Below, in pieces: positions 40,130-51,218 of a stretch of 64,000 nt of DNA. This DNA comes from Eledone cirrhosa (taxonomy: Eukaryota). A program made the translations under genes and the position numbers. The first letter of the stretch is position 1; each line of letters opens with the position of its first letter. Location: assembly GCA_964016885.1 (NCBI GenBank), contig OZ024740.1, positions 361,832,001 through 361,896,000 on the forward strand, read 5' to 3'. The notes below the pieces were generated by a model, which did not search any database, was not told the DNA's origin, and saw only the letters and a list, made by a program, of their open reading frames with translations.

Positions 40130-40899
40130 CCCCCCCTCTCTTTCTCTCCCCCCCTCTCTCGCAAATATAGAATGGAACTCCGTTGGTTTCGTGGATGAGT
40201 GTTCCGTTCGTCAGATCATAGAAACAACCCGCTCAGGAAATTAGTGTAAAGGAGAGAGCATTCCATAGACACGTATACCATTAGCATAATTAGCAGGGAG
40301 ATTCAGCGTGACACATTTTATCACAAGGTTGGTATTTTGAATTATAGATTCACATGGTTCGACAGGCTTCGAAATAATTTCCGTATATGCAATTTCATTC
40401 GCAAGAGGTGGGTCGATCCAAAGCTATGGTAAATGACATTTACCCCAAATACCACAAAGTGAGGATCGAATTCGCAACCAAATGATTGTCAAGTGAACTC
40501 CTTAACTATTCAGCTATGCTATGTCCACCTTAGAAATATAGTTACTTCAAATCTGCAATGTTAATGAACTTAAAAAATATTTGGATACCGCACAATTTAA
40601 TATCATTTGATTATTTCGTTACCATATTGCTAATGAAGGCAGGCCAATGTGTGAGATACCTTGGAGAAATGGCCTTAAATCTGGTAATATAACAGATAAT
40701 ACATTGACAGATAAACTATGGGAGACAAACCACTAACTTTATTGACATTCTTCATAAAGACAGGTCTGATGGCTGAATAGGAAATATGAACAGTGATGGT
40801 GGAAAGAAACTTCTGGTCTGAATTTGTTTCCCTGGTTCGATCAGAAAATTGGCTGAGATGAGATTTATAATGAAAGAACTTTCTCAGAATTAAGCTAGT

Positions 40900-41120
40900 G
40901 AAGGCGGTGGATTGGCAGTATCGGTAGAGCCTCAGATGCCATGCTTTGCAGCATGGAGTTATGGTCCTTTACGTTCTGAGTTCAAATCCCGCCGAAGTTA
41001 GTTTTGCCTTTCATCCTTACGGGGTCGATAAAAATAAAGTATCACTAAGCCCTGGGGTCAATTTGATCGACTTTCCTTTCCCTTCAAACAGCTGGCCTTG
41101 TACCTAAAGTAGAAACCATT
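40900..41120 (+). mobile_element. tRNA-derived SINE
   Basis: Box A/B-like motifs and the conserved gcctttcatcctt..ggggtcgataa core. Confidence 0.75.
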
Positions 41121-42516
41121 GTTAAGCTAGTGTTTGGAACATAGCAGAACAAAGGTTGTTACATAAAATTATGATGGAAGACTTATAGATAAATATGAAA
41201 CACATTAAGATAAACAGTTTTGCATTAGAGAATCAAGGTGGTTCCGAATCAAAAGGCTTAACTAGTAAAACTGAGACCTTGTATCTGGTCAAGAAAAATC
41301 AATATGTGTAGCGATAGCTGAAATCAAAGAGCAGTCACCAGGCAGCTCTGTAGAGTAAATTACCAAAAATACAACAAGAACAGAATAAATAAAAAAAACA
41401 ATAGACCAACCTATCGACTCGGTTATTATAAAAGAGTAGTGGAGAACCAACCAAGTGGTCAATGTTTCGATAGTGACCTTGGCATTGCGTTACGTTCGCT
41501 TTTAATACATTTAATTCTCTAAATAGACCCTCAACTAGACCAAAGATGTAAATAAATACACCAATACACCATTGTAAACAGTGATAGCATTGAACCTCCA
41601 TCGTGAAATTAACGTGCAAGTGCCTGAGCATTTCATGAACACGTGCACCCTCAACGTAGATATCAGCGAGATTTGGTATTCCACAGTATGTGACAAGGCT
41701 GGCTCTTTGAATTTCAGGTACAACTATTTTTTTCCAGCTGAATGGATAAGAGTAACATAAAATATAATGCCTTGCTCAAGGACCCAGTGCACCGCCGAGA
41801 ATCGAACTCTTTATCTGACGATCATCAGTCGGACACCCTAACTACTAAGTCACGCGTCTTCACAAAACACCAAACACTAGTCAATCAATCTATTTACATG
41901 CAAAATAAGTATAAATCTGAAGTATCGCTCTTGGCGGTTTAACTGGACAATAAGCTGCAATAATTAACATTCGTTTATTCAAGTACATTAAATTCAACTG
42001 TTGGAATTTAACGTACTCCAGTAATCTACTTTTCAATATAAGGCCTGCACGTTACAGAAAACGGGCTGCGGAGAGGACAGAATCTTCTGTGGAGGTTTGA
42101 TCAGGATCTTATTATTCATACGAGGGTTGACTGAAAAGTTTATAGACTGATCACTCATGGAATGACCAAATAAGGTATATTTTTCAATAACGTGGAAAGA
42201 AACAAGGCAGTTATTAATAAGATGTGAAATTATTATATGCAAATTGTCATAGCCCCAGCATCAATTCTTCATAGTCAGCCTATATTGACACTCATAAGGG
42301 TGACTAGGTTGAAGCATAGGGACCCCGCCGGGAAACAAGGTCCGTGACGGCTGCCAACTGTAGAGAGATGAAAAATTGAAGTGCTAGACTGGCACGAAAT
42401 ACCTAATACAACACAGGTTAATGAATTGTGGCATAAGTAAAAGTATAGAGATCCTCCGTCAGTTTCGACGAGTCGGTGTTACAGTTGTTTGATTAACTAA
42501 AGGATCTACTCATTGA

Positions 42517-42727
42517 ATAGTAGCAGTACTGGTGGTGGAGGTGCTAGTAGTAGTAGAAGTAATAGTAGTTGTAGTGGTGGTGGTGGTGGTAGTGCTAGTA
42601 GTAGTGGCAGTAGTGGTAGTGATGGTACTAGTGGGTGTTGAAATAGTGGTAGCAGTAGTTGAGGTAATAACAGTAGTAGTTGTGGTGGTGGTAGCAGCAG
42701 AAATAGTAGCAGTAACAGCAACAGCAG
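42517..42727. repeat. Degenerate (GTA/GTG/GCA)n trinucleotide repeat
   Basis: Directly visible low-complexity tract. Confidence 0.85.
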
Positions 42728-43013
42728 TGAAAACACTGTACATAGATACACAACATTGTGTATGTAATACATAAAGACGAACAACGTGCTTGATGAAAGA
42801 CATTTGTTTTTTTCAGTCTTAGATAATAAAGCATTTATGAAGTTTCAGGTTTATCTATCTCTGCTGTTGACTGGAATTCCTAAAATGTAGACACAGTAAT
42901 TCAATATTCTAGTGTGTTCGTTTTGGAATGAGGAAGACTAAGTAAAACGGATAAAGATAACAGTTTTAGTATTGGTCAGAGAATCTCTATATATACTTGT
43001 GTGGACGCAGCAT

Positions 43014-43553
43014 CAGACCCCGTCCGACGGGGAGATTTGTAATAGCCTTTGGGGTGGTGAGAGATGTCTGCTCGTGTGAAAATGGGTATAGCTTTCCTTA
43101 TGTAAAATCCTCATTTTTGCCTCATTTCTCTCAGTTTTGGGGCCCTTTTTTTCATGGTACTCCTCGTTTGGGTTTTTAGAGGTTGGCAGGTCTGCAACAT
43201 GGACGAATGTTTAAGATGTGCGTTTCGCAATCAGTAAGCCTTGAATTCGATCCCACTGTGTGGCGTCTTGGTCGTGTGTTATCGAGCCAAGCCTTGTCAT
43301 GAAATTGGGTAAATAGAAACTGTTTAACTGTTTGGTAGTGCGTTAGATGGACTGTATCCATACCTGCCAACCTCTAAAAACCCAATCGGGGAGTACCATG
43401 AAAAAGAGTGCCCCCAAACGGGGAGAAATGAGGCAAAATGGGGAGGTTTTACATAATGAAAGCTATACCAATTTTCACAAGAGAAGACATCTCTCACCCA
43501 CCCCAAAGTGGATGGGAGATCTCTCCGTCCGATGGAGAAAGTTGACAGGTCTG
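43014..43553. mobile_element. Two oppositely oriented copies of a ~190-bp MITE
   Basis: 43359-43553 has TIRs catacctgccaac / gttgacaggtctg; 43014-43193 is an inverted homologue. Confidence 0.65.
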
Positions 43554-46153
43554 TATCTGTAACTGAAAAAGGCAGCTTTGTCACATAGGGTGCCACGCTA
43601 AAACTCCACGAGAATTACGTTAAAGCTATACCTGTCTGTGGAATGCTCAGCCACCTACACGTTAATTTCCCAAGCAGGCTTTTCCATTGATTGAACAACT
43701 GGAACACCCACCGTCGAAACCGAGGGAAGTTCATACTAAAATATTGCGAGGTATGTTCAAGTTGTCCGATTACAGATACAGTCCATCCAACAGGCTTCCA
43801 AACAGTTTTCGTCTACCCAATATCACTCACAAGGCATGGCTCAATCCGAGGATGTGGCAAATACCACTTGTCAGAGATAGACTCGTCTCCTGGACATGAC
43901 GCCAGTCCGTTCCAAGGTTACTCCCAGCTGATGCCGGTACACATTTTTAGCTTAGAACAAGCAAAAATATTCGAACATTTATTCACAACAGATAATGTAT
44001 GCATAGCATAAAATAGAAATATTGATAATTAAAGATATGGAAAAGTTATCTGCCCTTCCTTCTTTAGTCAATAAATGGAGCAAAGTTTTTCTTTTGGGGG
44101 TGGGCTTGGGTGGCAATGTTTGCCTTCATAGTTTAATTTTTTTCCTTACTATGATATTTATGAACTTTAATACAACTTTCAATTTATATTCATATTTTTT
44201 TTACAGTTTGAAATTGAACTTTGCTCTATCGCGGCGCACCTAATTACATCTTGCGGTACACAACTTAGGAACCACAAATCTATTTATTTATATGAAAAAA
44301 TAAATGTGTATAAAATATCTTTTGTTACACCAGCTGTAACGGCGGTCGATTTGGTAGAGTCGTTTAGAGTTGATATTTATTCTGGGTCTTTGAGTTCAAA
44401 TTCCACCTTTGCCTTTCATACTTTTGGGATCAATAAAGAAAGTACCAGTGTAGTTGCGACCCTCTCTCCTTCAAGCTGTCGTGAGGGAGTCTGTGTTTGC
44501 TCGCGACACATAAAATCCCCAGCGAAAGTATGATACATACAATAAAGTCATACTTGATTGCAAGTAACGGCTGTAGGCTTTTTGCTGTTGTTTTTTTAAT
44601 AGGCAGTGAAAATCTTGTAACTGACAAATATTAGCATGCTTTAATATACCTCCAACATCTATGACAACACGGATCAATGGCATTTATGGCAAATGTAAAC
44701 ATCATAGAATTAGTGATGAGATATCAAGTTTCTTCCCGAGGCTTCACACTGTACGTTTTCTCTGTGTGGTTAGCTTGTATACCAGCTAGATTGTAATGGA
44801 AACAGAATTAATTAATCAGGATACTAATTTCTTTTCTTCACCTTCACAGTGTGTTGGGCCTCCGTCGGTTCCGGCGATAAGTCTTCCAGTTGTTGTATCA
44901 ACGGAATAACCTGCCCATGAAATTAGTGTGCAAGTGGCTGAGCATTCCTCAGACACGTCGTGTACTCTTAACATAGTTATCTTTTATGATACACGTGTAT
45001 GTAGAATGTTCAATCACTTGAAAGTTTATTTCACAAGCAGGCTGTTCCGTTGATCAAACAATTGGAAAATTCGCTGGAGGAACCCATGAAGCTTCAACAC
45101 ATTTATAGAGGGGGAAAATAAACTCAGCAAATTGATTCCACCTTCATGAATGAAGATAATTCTGAATATCAACAAGAGCTCATGTTTCTTGTATAATTGT
45201 CGAGTGTTTCGGCATAATGTACTCTTCAGCTCTTTTCATGTAATAGATCTGCAGTAAGAAGTATAAACGTATTCAGCAGGAGATGCTAGAATTGAAAGAA
45301 TTATCAGAATTTCAATCTTCTAGCAATACCTTCCAAAAGGTAGAAAAGAGTGAATTTGAGAACGACTCCTTTGACTATTGTGTTACAACAGTTATCAACA
45401 TGGAAAGATAACGAAGTTTGGAGAAAGGTTGTATAAAAGTAGGCAGATAGTTGAAATTATGTATTCAAAGCGATACAGCACACACATTCACATGCATCAC
45501 ACCCATCACTTACACATAAACACACAGGCCCGTGTGCAGACAATTACACCCACGCAAGATTTATAAAATACTCACGGGTAAAATAAAATAAAGGCCTTCC
45601 TTCGGTCATGACTGACGTTGGGTTTGCACGTGGAAAGTTTTACTCCATGGCATAAATCTGGATAATGTGTTTTGTGGAAGACCAACAGTCACCTACACAT
45701 TCCAGTTTCCTCTCTACACTTTACCGAAATTATCCAAGCGAAAGGCAAGGGCTGATACAGCTTTGCATCAGTGTCTTAGCAAGTAATTTCTGCCAGAAGG
45801 GAGGGCTAATGGGGCGGGGGGGGAGAAGAGGCAATGTTTGCATTTATAGTTTTATTTTTCCCCACTTTGACAAATATTTATGAACTTTGATACAACTTTC
45901 AATTTATATTTAAAAAAATATTTGAAATATAACCTTATTCTTTCGCGGCACAACAAATTAAATCTTGTGGCACACTGTTTAGGAAAAAAAAAAATGTGTA
46001 TAAAATATCTTTTGTTACACGAGCTATAAAGGCAGTCGATTTGGTAGAGTCGTTTAGAGTTGATATTTATTCGGGTTCACTGTGTTCAAGGAATCAAAGT
46101 CACAACTTTACAATTATGCGTCTGGTACTTATTTTATCGATCTCCTTTTTCTC

Positions 46154-46208
<55 letters not shown>

Positions 46209-46419
46209 GTGTGTATGTGAGTTTCGGGTTCAATCAGGAGTAACCACAGTTAGTAACGTATTCAATACATTACTAGAGTGTAAACATCATTTAATATAGA
46301 AATGACGTCTACAGGATTAGAACTGTTTCATTCAAAAGAAATCATCACGCTTCCCTGATGATTTCTTTCTTTTGAATGAAACAGTTCTAGTCCTGTAGAA
46401 GTCATTTCTATATTAAACT

Positions 46420-46453
<34 letters not shown>

Positions 46454-46455
<2 letters not shown>

Positions 46456-46962
46456 TTTAAAATCTTCCCCTTCTACAAGTGCTCAGATTCGTTCACACAG
46501 CAACAAAGAATAAACAAAGAAAATCTATTCCTTAACAAATTTAAACCAAAACTAAACGGGTTATCACCCCAATAGAATTGTCATAGAATATAAACACACA
46601 TACGCACGGAATGACAGATATGTGTGTGTATGTGTGCATGTATATAATTATCACTACTATTAAAGACCAGAGACCAATTCTGTAGAATCAGGTTTATTCG
46701 TTGACAGACCATGCCTTTGTGTGACCAACACATCCATGTTAAACCGTGCACGTGCACACACATATATCTATATATATATGCGCACACAGAATTCACCACT
46801 GGCGGTTGCGGGGCCCAATCTACATGAAGAACTCAATGTGATCAGAATGACTTGTATTTTAATTTCACTGTCCTAACTTCTTATATTATGGAAAAAATAT
46901 GTGTATGTATGTATATATATATATTTGGAGGCCATTTCTCTGTGTGTGGGTGTATGTATGTG

Positions 46963-47003
<41 letters not shown>

Positions 47004-47255
47004 ATGTGGATGTATGTATTGTGTGTGTGTGTGTGTGTATGTATGTGTGTATCTGGATGTATGCGTATGTGTATATATATATGTGTGTGTGTGTGTATAT
47101 ATATATGTGTGTGTATGTGTATATATGTGTGTGTGTGTGTGTTTGTATGTGTGTATGTATATATATGTGTGTGTATATATATATGTGTGTGTATGTGCAT
47201 ATATGTGTGTGTGTATGTGTGTATGTATATGTATGTGTGTGTGTATGTATGTGTG

Positions 47256-47314
<59 letters not shown>

Positions 47315-47833
47315 ATGTATATGTATATGTATGTATGTGTGGATGAAGGTATGTGTGTATATATAGGTGTAAGTGCACTAAATCCCTTTCTATCAATCTC
47401 CCCTTTCCTACCGACCACAGGAAGATATATGTATGTATATTGCTTCCACCCCCTCACTGACCAGCAGCTGGCCATCTGGCCATTGCTAAATCTGACCTTT
47501 ATAAAATAACCCACACCCCCAAATAACTTCTCATTCACTACCAGAAAGGCACACAGCAGTCAATGAGCTGCTACCAAGATGAAAACTACTATGAAATCCC
47601 ACAATGAATTTTATACTTGAATTTTCAAATCTCAAATTTTAACTCTTCTTATTATTAATTTTTCTTAATATTAATCAACATTTGAAAAGATGGCTTTTGC
47701 AGACCCATCGAAACCGGTCATTTTTTATACCCTTTATTATTTCCTTACCTTATAAAATTATATGTTTTTTCACAAAAAAGTATTCTGTCTCTTATATATT
47801 CCATGTGCCATTACCAACCTCAATTTTCTCTCT
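46454..47833 (+). mobile_element. 5'-truncated copy of the Neptune-type Penelope element (EN tail + pLTR)
   Basis: Closely matches 62015-63434; hammerhead variant at 47677-47724. Confidence 0.9.
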
Positions 47834-47925
47834 CTCTATATATATATGTATGTGTGTATGTATGTATGTATGTATGTATGTATGTATGTATGTATGTATG
47901 TATGTATGTATGTATGTATGTATGT

Positions 47926-49562
47926 CAGGTCACCACTTGGTGCTACTGGTAACATGTATTCCATTACAACATGTCCCATGGTAGGGTCGTTGGCGACTAA
48001 ACTGGCAACCCCACCAAGGTTTCTTGGTGAGGAGGGTGACTTTGGACATCCTGCAGGACTAAAAACAAAACCTGTCAAAGGGCAAAGGAGCTCTTAAGAG
48101 TCAATAGCCATCCAAAATCACCGGGAGAGATGACCCCTTAGCCCTTGTCAAGGCAGAATTCTAGAAGGAAAACTCTGACATAACACCTGCAACCCTGATG
48201 GTATCCAATGATGTTGACTTGTTCTTCTTTTTGGTAAATATCATCTTGGTTAAGAGAGTGGGACTGGCTTTGTGCAGTGCCTTTGCTCACTATAAAAGCT
48301 TCACGGCACAGGCATTGCTTTATATCTGGAGATCTCTCTGCACTTGTCGTCACATGGTACCTTGGGCCTAGCACTATGTGTCAATAATTGTCACAGGTGT
48401 AGTGTCTGTACCAGAGTTTTCAAGTCGCTGGCTGGACTAAAGTCACATTCGTTCAGCGCATCGGTAGGAGTTCTCCTACATGGATATAAAGTAGTGGCTG
48501 TACTCGAAAACGAGTTGGCAGCCACCATGTATGTATGTATGTATGTATGTATGTATGTATGTATGTATGTATGTCATCTCTCCCGGTGATTTTGGATGGC
48601 CATTGACTCTTACGAGCTCCTTTGCCCTTTGACAGGTTTTGTTTTTAGTCCTGCAGGATGTCCAAAGTCACCCTCCTCACCAAGAAACCTTGGTGGGGTT
48701 GCCAGTTTAGTCGCCAACCACTGTCCATGAGACAGGTTGTACTGGGATACATGTTACCAGTAGCACCAACTGGTGACCTGCCTTTATCAAGGCAGAATTC
48801 TAGGAGACAGAAAACTCTGATATAACACCTGCAACCCTGATGGTATCCAATGATGTTGACTTGTTCTTCTTTTTGGTTAATATCATCTTGGTTAAGAGAG
48901 TGGGACTGGCTTTGTGCAGTGCTTTTGCTCACTATAAAAGCTTCACGGCACAGGGATTCCTTTATATCTGGAGATCTCTCTGCACTTGTCGTCACATGGT
49001 ACCATGGGCCTGGCACTATGTGTCAATAATTGTCACAGGTGTAGTGTTTGTACCAGAGTTTTCAAGTTGCTGGCTGGACTAAAAAGTCACACTCGTTTAG
49101 CGCATCGGTAGGAGTTCTCCAACATGGATATAAAGTAGTGGCCGTACTCGAAAACGAGTTGGCAGCCACCATGTATGTATGTATGTATGTATGTATGTAT
49201 GTATGTATGTATGTATGTATGTATGTATGTATGTATGTATCTATTTATCAAGTTTAATGTCAGGTCACCAGTTGGTGCTACTGGTAACATGTATCCCAGT
49301 ACAACCTGTCTCATGGTCGGGTCGTTGGCGACTAAACTGGCAATCTCACCAAGGTTTCTTGGTGAGGAGGGTGACTTTGGACATCCTGCAGGACTAAAAA
49401 CAAAACCTGTCAAAGGGCAAAGGAGCTCTTAAGAGTCAATGGCCATCCAAAATCACCGGCAGAGATGACCCCTTAGCCTTTGTCAAGGCAGAATTCTAGA
49501 AGGAAAACTCTGATATAATACCTGCAACCCTGATGGTATCCAATGATGTTGACTTGTTCTTC
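47926..49562 (+). mobile_element. Three tandem RTE-derived elements separated by (TATG)n
   Basis: 47926-48528 full length; 48572-49172 with its 5' ~210 bp inverted; 49261-49562 cut off by the family A insertion. Confidence 0.8.
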
Positions 49563-49750
49563 AGGAATATTGGACTAGTTTCGATGTTATTACATCTCAT
49601 CAGCAATATATACCCATCTTCCGGCTTCTCTAGAGAATCGTAAAAGCACATATCATTATATACTTTTTCTATGAAAATTAGTAGTGGGCAGAAAAAGCAT
49701 ATAATGATATGTGCTTTTACGATTCTCTAGAGAAGCCGGAAGATGGGTAT

Positions 49751-49793
49751 ATATTGCTGATGAGATGTAATAACATCGAAACTAGTCCAATAT
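49751..49793 (+). ncRNA. Minimal type I hammerhead ribozyme (family A)
   Basis: atattg-CTGATGA-gatg taataa catc-GAAA-ctag-TC-caatat; GUC cleavage triplet. Confidence 0.9.
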
Positions 49794-50218
49794 TCCTGTC
49801 TGGCTCTCTGGAGAATAGAGGAAAGGTGTTTCCTTGAAAACCGGTATGACTCTAAAACCCGGTTTGTCTGTTTGGTTACATACAGACTAGCTGGACACTC
49901 ACAGTAAAGTGTCCAGTGAAAAACTCGGTACATGTACATATGTATACGTGTGTGTATTTATATGCATACTAGTATTTCAGTATACATATGTGGATGTACA
50001 CTTTTAACTTAATTGTTTAAGCGTCAGTCATACAAAAGTGAGTTACAAACGAAACGAAATTTGATTTCGTTTCGTTATTTGTTTTTATCGTTTCAGCTGA
50101 ACCGGTGCGTACAACTCACGTTCTATGCAAATTGGTCTGCCCACTACTAATTTTCATAGAAAAAGCATATAATGATATGTGCTTTTACGATTCTCTAGAG
50201 AAGCCGGAAGATGGGTAT

Positions 50219-50261
50219 ATATTGCTGATGAGATGTAATAACATCGAAACTAGTCCAATAT
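50219..50261 (+). ncRNA. Minimal type I hammerhead ribozyme (family A)
   Basis: Identical motif one 468-bp period downstream. Confidence 0.9.
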
Positions 50262-50555
50262 TCCTGTCTGGCTCTCTGGAGAATAGAGGAAAGGTGTTTC
50301 CTTGAAAACCCGTATGACTCTAAAACCCGGTTTGTCTGTTTGGTTACATACAGACTAGCTGGACACTCACAGTAAAGTGTCCAGTGAAAAACTCGGTACA
50401 TGTACATATGTATACGTGTGTGTATTTATATGCATACTAGTATTTCAGTATACATATGTGGATTTACACTTTTAACTTAATTGTTTAAGCGTCAGTCATA
50501 CAAAAGTGAGTTACAAACGAAACGAAATTTGATTTCGTTTCGTTATTTGTTTGTA

Positions 50556-50603
<48 letters not shown>

Positions 50604-50671
50604 CAAGGTTTAGCAAATAAGAAAAAGTTTCAAAATAAATTTTAAAAAATTCGCTCTACTCGCTATGGTTA

Positions 50672-50758
50672 CCTTTACCGAATCGGTTTCGAGTCTCTCA
50701 AAAATAAATGGACAGTCCTTGCGGCCTACCATTGCAAAGATAAACTCTCGTCAGAAGG
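50672..50758 (-). ncRNA. Type I hammerhead with extended stem II and true hairpin stem III
   Basis: cctt-CTGACGA-gagttt[~43 nt]agactc-GAAA-ccg att cgg-TA-aagg. Confidence 0.75.
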
Positions 50759-51077
50759 ATCTTTTCACTCGGAGAATATAAAATTCCCTAGTTCAAATTA
50801 CGAACTGGTGCTATTCAAAATTGTTCCCGAGATGAGAATAAATGATGTTGAAGCAATTCCGTCCAGTGCCGTGTGTAAAGATAGAAGCAAAGGCAGGGAG
50901 GTCAATCTACTACCACTATAACTAGCAGCAGTCAGAACGACCAAATTTTTTTCTCGACCAAGAGGAGAATAATAATAAAGTATATATCCCTACACGCAAA
51001 AAGCGTCTAGAGACACATGTATTGTCCAACCATATGCCAATGTGGTTCAATGGCAGGTTAATAAATTAACGAGCCAG

Positions 51078-51117
<40 letters not shown>

Positions 51118-51139
51118 TATATACATATATATATATGTA

Positions 51140-51215
<76 letters not shown>

Positions 51216-51218
<3 letters not shown>

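Larger units (their letters stand above)
49563..50552 (+). mobile_element. Retrozyme-like 468-bp tandem repeat (about 1.8 units) with 5' inverted segment (family A)
   Basis: Period 468 (49691 vs 50159); hammerheads at 49567-49609 (-), 49751-49793 (+) and 50219-50261 (+). Confidence 0.85.

Noticed and set aside
42506-42834. Mucin-like Thr-rich ORF
   Set aside because: Trinucleotide low-complexity tract open in several frames, with no domain or splice support.
46852-47538. Long YI/CV/HT-rich ORFs here and at 20.7-21.3 kb, 58.5-59.0 kb and 62.2-63.1 kb
   Set aside because: These are translations of stop-free microsatellites, not proteins.
49290-49345. HDV-like ribozyme fit (ccagt...CTAA actgg)
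   Set aside because: L3 is too short, and the diverged copy breaks the putative P2 while supporting a local hairpin.
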